A stretch of 26,636 nt of DNA, taken from NCBI RefSeq assembly GCF_000143415.4, contig NW_003314414.1, forward strand, positions 57,482 through 84,117, written 5' to 3'. The stretch comes from Selaginella moellendorffii. Lineage: Eukaryota > Plantae > Lycopodiophyta. The notes beneath the pieces are model-generated. The model saw only the letters and a list, made by a program, of their open reading frames with translations. It did no database searches and was not told where the DNA came from. Below are positions 1 to 10,400 of this stretch, piece after piece. Each line of letters opens with the position of its first letter. Position 1 is the stretch's first letter. Position numbers and translations under genes: made by a program.

Positions 1-1257
1 GTATGTCTCAGCCATCCTGTGCATCTCCTGTAGGCTCGTATGCATCTCACCTTGATCATCCTTGAGCCCGAACATTGGCGGGGACGTAACTCTTGCTTTT
101 ATGGACTTGTAAAACTCTTTGTTTAGCGCATTCTCACTAATATGCCATTTGAGGTGCCCCGACCTTATAAACGCCTCCATTTTTTCCGCTTCCAGGGTGA
201 AAAGTTGGGCTTTGGTTCTTGCTAGCTGAGTTCTCAGTGACGTATCCAGCGGGTCCAACCTGATCAATCTCTTAATGGCTTCAATATTTCTTCTTATTGC
301 TTGCACTTTTTTGAAAACTTTTCTTCGCTTGTTCTGTGTCTTTTTCCGGATTTCATTGGCTATCTCAATTGTGAACTTGTGCAGATCTCCTCCTTCTTGC
401 TGATTCCATCTTTCTTTTATATGGTCATTCATTTTCCCGTCCTCGAAGTTTTTCCGCGATATTGGTGCAGGCCTCTTTGTTCCCCACCTCTTTAAGATGG
501 GAAGCGTCAAAGCCACCGAATTATGATCTGAGAAGTCTCTGTATCCCGTTGTTATATCTAATTTTCCACTATTCCGACACAGTTCGGGTGATATATAAAA
601 CCGGTCCAGTCTTCGTTGAATTCCCTGTTGTTGGTGCTCTTGCCATGTGAACCTTGGCTGGTGTTGTACAAACCCTGGGATGTTGTATGTATCTTCTAGC
701 CCCATCGCTAGCACTAGTTGTGCCCACATTGCTCTTTCCCTGCTTGTCCTTTTGTCTCTCATTTCTCCCCCATCTTTGTCTAGCTCCTCTTCCACAAAGT
801 TGAAGTCTCCCGTGACCATCCATGTTGAGGGTTGTGGAGGTATTCGGTGTACCAATTCATTCCAGAAATCTGCTCTTTCAGAGGAGCTTCCTGCTGGTGC
901 ATACACATTCAGGAGGCCTACTAGCATGTCTCCTATCTTGAACTGGACACACTGTGCTCTACCTGGTACCAGTATTGCATGATCTTCAACCAAAGATTCC
1001 CACGTGCCTTTTACCACTATTAATGTGCCTCCACTGCATGATACTGCCGGATTCCAAAAATATTTCCCTTTCGTAAACTTATAAACTTGATCCATTCTTG
1101 AGAGCCTATGCTCTTGCACACACAAGAAATCAAAACATTGCGTCACACCTTCTACCTGTCTAAGATACTGTCTAAATTTCGTCTTTTTGTTATTCAGTGC
1201 TGATCTCTCCTTCTTCAGGCCTCCCACGTTCCACGTTCTCACGTTGATGTTAACCAT
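1..1257 (-). CDS. ORF2 N-terminal part (APE endonuclease domain), family A copy 1, runs off the window
   Basis: ATG at 1257 (MVNINVRTWNVGG...). Matches the N-terminus of the 7451-11884 ORF, which carries TWNV, QEH, NVYAP, GDFNF, RLDRFY and SDH motifs. Confidence 0.93.
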   Translation of the reverse strand, partial: MVNINVRTWNVGGLKKERSALNNKKTKFRQYLRQVEGVTQCFDFLCVQEHRLSRMDQVYKFTKGKYFWNPAVSCSGGTLIVVKGTWESLVEDHAILVPGRAQCVQFKIGDMLVGLLNVYAPAGSSSERADFWNELVHRIPPQPSTWMVTGDFNFVEEELDKDGGEMRDKRTSRERAMWAQLVLAMGLEDTYNIPGFVQHQPRFTWQEHQQQGIQRRLDRFYISPELCRNSGKLDITTGYRDFSDHNSVALTLPILKRWGTKRPAPISRKNFEDGKMNDHIKERWNQQEGGDLHKFTIEIANEIRKKTQNKRRKVFKKVQAIRRNIEAIKRLIRLDPLDTSLRTQLARTKAQLFTLEAEKMEAFIRSGHLKWHISENALNKEFYKSIKARVTSPPMFGLKDDQGEMHTSLQEMHRMAETY

Positions 1258-4200
1258 TTCTGAATCCTCGGGCGCTGCCAAGACGCTGTCTCTCCACCCA
1301 ATGGTATGGTCCCATTGCTCGAAGTGGCCATGCGAACGGGATTCTCGCAGCTGCCTGCCGTCTTGGGCCCGCTTTCCCCCCTTTTTNNNNNNNNNNNNNN
1401 NNNNNNNNNNNNNNNNNNNNNNNNNNNNNNNNNNNNNNNNNNNNNNNNNNNNNNNNNNNNNNNNNNNNNNNNNNNNNNNNNNNNNNTCCCCCAGGAACTT
1501 GGGAGGGTTCGTTCCACTGACGTATAGCTCAATTTCGCAAACTGCTCTTCTCGGGGGGGTGAATCCTGGCGGACAGTTTCCTCTTGCAAAGTCCTCCGTT
1601 CTGCCTGATCTTGAGCGTGACTGTTGTTGTTGTTCCACTGGCCCCGGTACCCTCTGTGTAGCCTGCTGTGGTGGCATTTCACCTTTATCTTGGACCATCT
1701 CTACTTCTGTGTCAGGTTCCTTTGCCTCCCCCACGGCTTGTCCTTCGAACCGTCTTCCTGTCGGCCTCCATTCTTTCCCTCGCGAAGCCCCCGACTGTGC
1801 TTTTTCCTGCTTGGCTGCTGTTGATTGCTCCCCTTGTCCCTCCTCCTTCTGTCCTTTGGTTCGAGGCTTCTTGCTTTCGCCACTGGAGGCTGCTTTCTCT
1901 GTTGTTTCCCTTTCCCCTCTGGCTCCACGTTTCTTGCCTTCCGATCCACTGTTTGCTTTCTGTCGGTCCTCTCCTGTTTCCTGCATTCCCCCCACACTTG
2001 CTCCTCTGGCCAAACAGTGTTTTCCAATGTGTCCCGTGCGCCAGCAAATAATGCATACACTCGGGTTTGGTAGCAGCATAACCCGAATCCTTCTTGGCCC
2101 TTGCCCCTTCCCTGGCTTGAGTTCTATCTCGAAGGGGATGTGAACTTCTTTCGGAATCCTGACTTTGACCGTGACTCTGTCTCCCACTGGCATTCCTTCC
2201 ATCCTTATGAACGTAGCAAACTGCCTCAGTATTGTCGCCAGGATCTTGTCTTCGGCCAGTGCCACGTCCATACCTTGTAGCTCAAAGTTCACAATCACAG
2301 ATGGGGGGAGTAGCATCCTTTTTTTCTGGGGCGTGAAATTGTTGTGATATGATCTGAAGAAGAGCTGAAAGTCTAACTGTGCGTACGCATCCACTCGCAG
2401 CAACTTGTGCCGAGCTCTCTCGTCCTTGATGACCACATTATAGCACTTTTCTCCCAGGTCCTTCACATCTTCTGCTAAAACCGTGACCAACATGTCGTGA
2501 TATGCCAGCGCTGCGCATACCCAGTCTGATACTAAAAAACCTGCCGGGACTGCTCCTTCCACTATTACATGTATGGTTTCCTCCGCTCTTCTAGCTTGCA
2601 ACTTGTTTAGCTCCTCCATGAATTCTTCCTGGTCTACTTCCAAGACATCGTTTGCCGGTCCGAATGGCATTCTCGTAGGCTTCCTTGGTGGCATTATCTC
2701 CTCGATCTTTACTGGAGGTGGCCCAAATGGGACTATGGGAGCATCCGGACATACTGACATTTTCGAATACTGTGGTAAAACCTTCGGGTATCCCATTTCC
2801 GGCTCTCGCTTCCCTTCCGGGGATATCACCACCTCCGGCACGAGTTCCTCCTGTATCCCTCTTGATGACGATGCTTCCCACTGTCTTTCCTCGTCCAACT
2901 TCCCTTTTCCCTTGTCCTCCCTCATTCTGTCATGAAGTTCTTGTCCCAACGGAGCTTCGTATGTTCGCGCCGCCTGTCCCATTCCGTCCGATCTCTCCTG
3001 TCTGGCTTCCTTTTCTTGCCTTTCCTTTACGGCCTTCTCCTTTTCCCTTTCAGCTTCTTCTTCCAGTAGCCTTTTTGCTGCCTCTTCTGCCAAGCGTCTA
3101 GCTTCTTGCTCTTTTCGCGCGTTGGCTTCCCTGATTGCCTTGAAGCAGGGGGGGCCCTTCTCCAGCGGGCAGCACGTCTTGATTCTTCGCTTAATCCCGG
3201 TTGGGGATCCTACCGCCGCTTCCTTCCCACTGGCTTCCTTTTCTGCCCTTGCCTCTGCGTTTTCCTCCCCGACTCCTGGCGATTCGTTGGTGGGGTTTCT
3301 TCTAGGCGCTCTCGTGAGTGGGGTTTCCTCTTCCTCACTTGCATCCTCTTTTCCCTTGTTTTCCACATTGGCTGGAGAGACTTCTCCTACCAGCGTTTCT
3401 TCTGGATCTAGTACCTCTGGAAGCTGCACACCCCTGGCTCTCCCTCCTGCAGTGCTCATCCTCGCCGTTGTCCTTGCTCGTGGCATTTTTCCCCCAGTGT
3501 CTTCCTCTCTTTTTTTTCCTTCTGATTCTAGCGTTCCTTTCTTTCCCTCCCTCTCCTTTTCCCCCTTTTCCCACCCTTCCGTTCCCTCCCCTTCTTCCAC
3601 TTCCCACTTTCCTTTCGGAGATTTTTCCCCCTTGCCTTTCCTTTCCCTTTCGCTTACCGCTTTGCTTTTGTCTTCACGCTGGCCCTCGTCTTTTACCGAA
3701 AACAATGCCCTCCGGATTGACAAGTCCCCTTTAAATAGTGCTGACCCTGGCTGCCACATGTCATTCCGCCATTTGCTGCCCGCTCCTCCACGTTTTTCTT
3801 CCCCCTTTCCTGTCCACGTTGATAGCGCACACGATTGTTTTCTTGGATTCTTCGGCTTCTCCTCGGACATGACCCCGCCACACGTCTCTTCCTTGGATTT
3901 TCTGCATGGATTTTCGCCCCATGCATCTCCACGTGTCGCCTTGTCCTTCATCCCCTCCTTTCCGACCGTGACCTGCTCGGTCTCTTTAATTCCCACTGGC
4001 TGCGTGGTGATGACGTTGTTACTGTCCTCGTTTTTCTCCCGATTTGCTACGATCTTGACAGTTATTCCGCCTTTCCCCCATATTAACTCCTCCCTTGGTT
4101 TTCCCGCACCCGCATTCATTCGCCGTCTAGCCGTTGTCTCGGGATTCCGGCCGCTCCCAAATCCCCCCATCTTGGTCCGCCGCATGTCCACCATCTCCTC

Positions 4201-4266
4201 CGTCCCTTCTTCTCCTCTCGGTCGCATCCTAGCCGTCCAGAGCAGCGGTTTTTTGCCTTTGAACAT
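1250..4266 (-). CDS. ORF1 (nucleic-acid-binding, CCHC knuckle), family A copy 1, interrupted by an assembly gap
   Basis: Homologous to 11877-14936, with ATG at 4266 and TAA at 1250-1252. The knuckle reads CIICWRTGHIGKHC here. It is absent from the ORF track, most likely because the 100-N gap joins it in frame to ORF2, which runs off the edge. Confidence 0.85.
1387..1486. other. Scaffold gap (100 N)
   Basis: Run of exactly 100 N. Together with 40 unmatched bases it replaces about 183 bp present in copy 2 (11974-12156). Confidence 0.99.
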
Positions 4267-5242
4267 CTTGATCTTTGCTTCAAGCTTTGCACTTCCTTTC
4301 TTGGGCGTTGCTCTGGCCAGCGAGCTTGGTTTTCCAACTCAAGTGGAGCTTCCCTCTTGCCCAATTACTTCTGCTCAAGATCTTGGTTGCTTAGAGCTTT
4401 TGAACTTTCAGACACAAGTTCCAAGTTCAAACTGATTTCAGTCGGCTAGCCCAGTTTTGCTGTGCCCAGAATCCCCCCGACTAGTACTCCAGATCATTGC
4501 CTTATTGCGACCGTTCCTCTTATCCTCCCAGCGCGCGCTCTTTCTTTTTCAGTGCATGCAGTGGAGAGTGCTTGGGGGGTTTTTGAGACTTTTCACTTAG
4601 CTTCTTATAGCCCGGCGATCTTACTCCTCTCTGGCCTGTTCCCCCGAGGACCGAAAGGACTCTCTTACAAGCCAATACTGTCAGCCGAGGGGGGGCCAGA
4701 AAGGATGTCGTTCGGAGCCATTCCAAAACTTGAGTTACGAGCCAAAAAATGCACGACGGTGGTGATTCAGTGGGATGCTTTTGATTCTTTTTTCTTTTTT
4801 CTAGCGCTTTGCGGCTGGAGGAGAGGCTTCGCTTCCAGCTTTGATCTTTAGCCTTTGTCTGGTGACCTCTTAGCTGAAAAAAACCGGGCCACCGACTTGA
4901 AATCAGCTTGGACCACACTGCGAGCTCTATCCACCCAGTCTCTTGCTGTAACTTGCGCGAGTTGCTCACACCCAGCGAAGAACCAAACTCACTGCCCAGC
5001 CACACTCAGAGCCATCGTGCTTCTGCCTGGAGCTTCCAGATCTATTCTACCAGCCAATGCAAAAAACCCTCTCGAATCTGGCTGCAGCCGAGAAGACCCA
5101 ACAGCGCGTCTCACTGCCGTCCAGCGCCAGTGCCACACTCAAGCGTCCACTCCACTCTCAGCCTGTGGCTGCGCTTCTCTCTTCTTGCCTTAGTGCCTTC
5201 CCTCTCCTCTCCGCCTTCACTCGTCATTCTCTCTTCTCTTCT

Positions 5243-5258
5243 TCTAGTCCGACTTTGT
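5243..5258 (+). repeat. Target site / TSD motif TCTAGTCCGACTTTGT (LSU rDNA-like)
   Basis: Lies exactly between the 5' end of A1 and the 3' end of C, and recurs at all four junctions. Confidence 0.93.
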
Positions 5259-5372
5259 TAAACAGGGCTTTTATTCACCAGAAAACCAAAACTGGGCTGA
5301 GTTTCGTTAAGGCACGAAATCAGCAAAGAGCCGCGACAGAAAGTTTCGTCGTGCACGAAACCAACAAAGAGC
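5259..5372 (-). promoter_or_regulatory. 3'-terminal RNA structure of C: two copies of the conserved stem-loop plus a putative pseudoknot
   Basis: Element-sense GUUUCGU-GCACG-ACGAAAC (5343-5361) and CUGAUUUCGU-GCCUUA-ACGAAAcUCAG (5297-5323), each preceded by GCUCUUUG. Confidence 0.7.
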
Positions 5373-6493
5373 AAGAGGGGGGGTCTTCACGTGGAGGTAC
5401 TTTGTAGAAAACTCGCCGCAGACTTTTATCTCAATCCATGGTCTTGAGTAGAGCCAGCAGAAAGATGATGGGAGAAGCTCCAAGTACCAAGGAACCAGCC
5501 TTTACGACTTGAGAGTGGAGTTACTGAAGAACTTGTCTCTCTTGATCCCTTAAGGAGAGACTCCAGGTGCCGAAGGGGTCAGTGCTGAGAGGGGAGTTGC
5601 TCACAAGCTTGACGGCCCATGCTGTCGCGATTGTGGAATCCAGAACCATCTGTCCAGTGGCGTCCACAATCACTCGTGAGTACTTGCCTCTCTTGATCCC
5701 CTCAAAGGGCATGCCTTACATCGTCTTTGTGCCTCGTCGAGTCTCTGAACTGAAGTGTATCTGACCATAAGTATTTCTTGAAACCTTGGAGGTACCCCAT
5801 GGACGTACACCGCTCTCCCTTGGTTTCTTCTTGTGCACTTTCATATCTGCCCCCCGCTGTAAACTGCTGTTGATCGGACTCTACTGAGACTCAGTACCAT
5901 CTTGTCACTCGTCGGTGTCGAGTTCTCTTGTTGGTGCCTTTGCTCTGGTCCATGTCTTTATCTTGAGTGTCTTCGTAGCTTCTACCAAAGAACTCATTCA
6001 TCGTGACCACACTAAACGCCCTCAATTGTCGTAGAGAAGCTGGATGTTTGCCCAAGTGTTGGTGACGAAATCCTCCTCACGTGGGGAGCCTTGTTTCCAA
6101 ACCTCCACCATTGTCGACCTTGAAGACGCCCACAAAGAGAACCACCTCCTTGATAAGTCATCAAGATCGACAAACTTGAAGCAAGGTCGCGTACGACACC
6201 ATCACTTCAAGCTCCCAATCCTTGGCAAGAATCACCTTACAAGTCTTGGGGATGAAGAGGATCTCCTTCACCTTGCTTGAGCTCACCACTGTCCATGGAG
6301 CAGGCCTCCAGACCCCCAGAAAGAAAACCGTGGAGTAGCGAAGGACAAGTCTAAGCAACAAGCCGAGGACTCAAATACTTAGATCTCCTTCCTCCACCGT
6401 TTGATCTTCCTGAAATTCTGAAGGCCGACTCTCCATATTCAGCTCCAGCTTCTCACCGACGTGATCTCGAAACGAGTGCATCAGCCAGGAGAA

Positions 6494-7165
6494 CCAGCCG
6501 CTCAAACTTACACTGGACTTCACTTGCTTGAACCATGAAACTTGAGCAGACATATCTTGCAGCCCAGCCGTTAGATCTTCATGAAACCTTGTAGACGCAA
6601 TCTCCCTAGTGTCTTCTAGCTTCTCACCAGAGCGATTTTCGGTCCGATGTCGCCTAAAGCAGCCACAGCCGACCCATTCTCGCCTCAAACCTTAGCCGCC
6701 CAAGTGCCTAGGGTCACTTGTATCTTCCCAGATCTTTATCCAAACGGCCTGCAGCTAGTGACAGAGTGTCTTTGCCTTGTAGCACCCCAGCCGTGGAGTA
6801 GAAAAGAGAAGCCCAGCCAGTGATGAGTGCCAGCCGCTCAAACTTCCACTGGCCCACACTTGCTTGAACCGTGAACTTCAAGCAGACGGATCTCGCAACC
6901 CAGCCGTTAGATCTTCTTGAAATCTTGTAGGTGCAGTCTCCCTGGTGTCTTCTAGCTTCTCACCGGAGCGATCTCAGATCAGATGCCGCATATAGCAGTC
7001 GCAGCCGACCCTTGCTCACCCCGAACCCTAGCCGCCGACATGACTAGGGCCACTTCGATCTTCTCGGATTTCAATCCAAACGGCCTGCAGATAGCGACAG
7101 AGTGTTGCCTTGCATTGTAGGAGCCCAGCCGTGGATAGAACAGAGAAGACCAGCCAGTGATGAGA
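6494..7165. repeat. Diverged tandem duplication, two ~336-bp units (6494-6829, 6830-7165)
   Basis: Both units start ccagccgctcaaactt and end ccagccagtgatgag. They share cagccgttagatcttc, gtgtcttctagcttctcacc and atccaaacggcctgcag. Confidence 0.92.
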
Positions 7166-7339
7166 GCAAAACAAACGATTTTTCGATGAAGTGCCCAATA
7201 TTGCTTGTGCCTTCGATTCTTGAGGGGGCGCCTTGATTCAGCAGCTCACAGGACTTCTACACTACCTCCTCTACACTAGATCTGGCCACAGAAGTCGACT
7301 CTCAATGCGCCATCTCCTCCTCTCCGTCTAGGGTTTTTT

Positions 7340-7370
7340 CTCTAGTCGGACTTTTGTAGTCCGACTTTGT
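7340..7370 (+). repeat. Double target motif (variant ctctagtcggacttttgt plus tagtccgactttgt)
   Basis: Seen directly between the 5' end of C and the 3' end of A2. Confidence 0.9.
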
Positions 7371-7450
7371 TAAACGGGGCCTTTTATTTTCCAGCAAAAA
7401 ACCAAAAAACTGGGCATGGTTTCGTTGGGCACAAAACCAGCAAAGAGCCT
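7371..7450 (-). promoter_or_regulatory. Structured 3' UTR of family A (stem-loop, putative pseudoknot, AATAAA)
   Basis: Element-sense UGGUUUUGU-GCCCA-ACGAAACCA (9 bp with one G-U pair), then CCAG-U6-GGUUUUUU-G-CUGG-AAAAU-AAAAGGCC. Confidence 0.7.
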
Positions 7451-10400
7451 TTATCTAGAGGAGCCTACAATGGAAGTACCTACAGAAAGGGGGGTTGCTC
7501 GTGAACTGGCGCCCGAAGGTCTTCCTAGATGTGTCACCTGGAACCATTCGTCTGGCGGTGTCCACATCCATTCCCGAGTACCTGCCTCCCCTTGCTTCCA
7601 CAAGAAATGCCAGATCTGCGCTTCTTTTTTTGCTTTTTCTGGGCCATTTCTCCCTCCTCTTTTTTCCAGTTGTAGGACACGGGCTGCTGCTGCAGTTATC
7701 ATTCTAGTCCACACCCGTGACGCCACCACCCTTGGTCCTTCTTCCCTATCATTAAAGATTCTGTTGCACCGGGCTTTCCATACTTCCCACATTGTAATTC
7801 CTCGCAGTAGGTCCACTATCTCTGTTGGGATTCCTTCTATGTCTGTTCGAGTTGTGTTAAGCTGGTCAAACCGCGGTGCCCCTTCTTCTCTTGATGTCCA
7901 TTTCCAAGAGTCTGTTCCATTTCGCATTCCTGCGGCAGCTTCGCCCCATACTGCCGCTCCATACGTGAGGCACACTTGTCTCTGGGAGTGTTGTTGCAGC
8001 AACCAGCACGTGCTTCTCCACACGTCTTGTGCGCTTTCACATTCCCATAATATGTGCCTTTGTGTCTCCCTCGCTCCACATTTGTCGCATGTTTGGTCCA
8101 CGAGGTGTATGTTCCTTTTTGATGGTAGCCTGTCTTGCATTGTCAACCACATGAAGTATCTTGTTTTTGCTGCCCAACGTCCTTTCCATAACTCTTTCAA
8201 TATCTCCTGCTGTGTCTTGTCCTGTATGTTGGCTCGTTTCATCCTTGATACCAGTAGTGAGTCACTGCGCGGCCGAATGAGCTTTCTCCCCAATCTTGTT
8301 TCGTAGGCAAAGAATTCTTCCTTTTTCCTTCCCCGCCAATTCCATTCCGTTGGATCCCAGGCCAGCTCGCTTAATTTTTGTTGTCTGAACCAGTACATCC
8401 TAGCTACCTGGCCTTCCGTTATCTTCGGGTCCATTGATGCTGTTTTCTTATCTATCCGTATAACACGTATCGGCTCTGTTCGTGACATGTCCGGTCGTAG
8501 GCTCTCCTTGGGCACTTTGTATGGTAATAGTCTCCCAGCCACCCCGACTTCGAACACATAACATTTCGTCTGGTCTTGAGTTGCCGTGTATATCACCTTT
8601 TCCTCGGCTATCCACCAGGCTGGTGTCGTTTCTCTGACTTCCTTAATGCTCTGTTTGCATTTCCCTTGTGCTTCTTCAAAGGCTGTTTCGAACTTTTTCA
8701 GCCTGTGTGCCGAGATTTCCAGCCCATAGAAAACCTTTAGTCTATCTCTGTTCATTTCTGTTTCCCCCGCTTTTATCATTGAGTCAGCTTCTGCAAATGT
8801 TCTCATCCCAGCACTGTGAAGGTCCCGGCATACTTTGTCTATTCCTTTGTCCGCAGTTTCCCCCAAACATTTCCCCTTATATTGAAATAGCTTATTAAGA
8901 AATATTGGTTGTCGATCCAACTCATAAGTGTTTGTCGGTTTTCTTTTTTCCAACTTGCTCTTGAATTCCTTCCACAATCTGAACAGTTTCCCAGAGAATG
9001 TATTTGGTTTTGGCATTTTCAGTGCGCCTTCCATGAACAGCCACCTTTCATCTTTTTCCCAGTTTTGCCTCGTGTGTTCTAGTCTGTCCGGAATGACTTT
9101 AAGCAGTTGATGGCGTAGTAGGAGTTTCCATGGTTGGTTTCCGGGCATGTTCATTCGGTGAAAGATTTTGAATAGCAGCGCCTTGCATTGTTCCTCTATA
9201 TCTATAATGTTTATCCCCCCATCCTGTTTTGCTCTTGTGACCGAGCTCCATCCAACCTTTGCCCCTCCTCTTGATACTGTTGCTTGGCCCTTCCATACAT
9301 ATGTCCTGATGAGCTTGTTCATTTCTTTTAGTGTTTTCTTGTCCAAGTTCCATGATGCCGCCAGGAACCAGATTGCTCCTAGCACTATATTATTCGCCAC
9401 TACACATCTTGCCGAGAAGGACAGCTTCCGTGATGCCCAAAATTTCAGTTGATCTCGAAGCTTTTCGACCGCCTTCTGATTCTGCGGGAGGGGGTCGTAT
9501 GCCCGGCCTATTTGGAACCCCAAGTATCTTGTTGTTTCTCCTTGTTTCAGCCACTTAAAATCCCACTCTCTCCCCCAATTTGGCGGGTCAGAGCTTGGCA
9601 GCCATATTCCCACCGATTTTCCCCAGTTTATTCGTGAGCCAGCTGCCAGGTTGAAGAAGTCCAAGTCCTTCTTGACCTTGCTCATGTTTTCCGGGGAGCC
9701 TGTCGTGATGATTCCTGTGTCATCCGCGAAGGCACTGGATTTCAACTGCCTTTCCTCTGTCCCTGCCAGGTCTTGTAGTGAGTCTCTGCACCCAGGCAAT
9801 ACCAGCCCTTCCGGTCCGTCCATCCTTGCCAGATAATGTGCTAAAGCATCGGCCACGAACAGGAACAAAAACGGGGCTAATGGACACCCTTGTCTTACTG
9901 ACCGTTGGAGCTTGATCGTGTTCCCTACTGTCCCGTTTATTGTGACCTTGCTTGATGCGCCTTGGTATAAGGTGGCCGTCCATCCTATAAACTCTTCAAG
10001 GATGCCGATCTTCCTCATTGTCGTTTGCAGGAATTCCCAGTCTACTCTATCATATGCCTTCTCGTAATCCAGGAGTATTATGGCCATCTCTAATCCTTGG
10101 TCTTTGACTTGTTCTTGTGTGAGCAACACTGTCAATATGTTGTCTACCAGTTGTCTTCCTTCCACAAACCCATTCTGGGTGTCATGTATCGTTTCTGGCA
10201 ATAACGGCCTTAATCTCTTGGCTAGCGCCTTGGCTACTATCTTGTATAGTGTATTTAGCATCGATATCGGTCTCCAGTTCTTGAGTAGAGATGCATCCCC
10301 TCCTTTTTTGGGAATGAGCGCAATTATTCCATCTATGGCTCCTGGGGGCCATTGTCCCGTTCTCATCACCTCCTTCCATGTGTCCAACACTACTGGCCCC

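Larger units (their letters stand above)
1..5230 (-). mobile_element. L1/Tx1-type non-LTR retrotransposon, family A copy 1 (3' part outside the window, 5' end intact)
   Basis: Near-identical by eye to 10628-15900 (offset 10627 before the N gap, 10670 after). Contains the 5' UTR, ORF1 and the start of ORF2, and ends at a CT-rich filler followed by the target motif. Confidence 0.95.
5259..7339 (-). mobile_element. Non-autonomous ~2.08 kb retroelement C sharing the family A 3' tail
   Basis: Bounded by target motifs on both sides. The terminal ~75 nt are homologous to the family A 3' UTR (taaacagggc..ttttatt..ccag..aaaacc..aaaactgggc..gtttcgt..gcac.aaa..cagcaaagagcc). There is no ORF over ~105 aa and no RT or EN motif. 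Confidence 0.82.

Noticed and set aside
1347-1386. 40 nt unrelated to copy 2, and an apparent in-frame ORF1-ORF2 fusion in copy 1
   Set aside because: It abuts the 100-N gap and ends in homopolymers, so it is probably a low-quality contig end. The fusion arises from the arbitrary gap length.
5521-6688. Short ORFs in element C as cargo genes
   Set aside because: All are 105 aa or shorter, occur on both strands and show no recognisable motifs.
6494-7165. LTR pair or TRIM element
   Set aside because: The units are directly adjacent with no internal region, no TG...CA termini and no PBS/PPT.
7328-7336. Telomeric repeat or telomere-targeting interpretation
   Set aside because: Only single TAGGGTTT units occur, inside element 5' ends. 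The insertion junction is the rDNA-like motif, not a telomere array.
7416-8306. 296-aa + strand ORF (repeated at 24441-25331)
   Set aside because: Antisense to the ORF2 C-terminus. It recurs only because the copies are near-identical, and it is broken into short pieces in family B.
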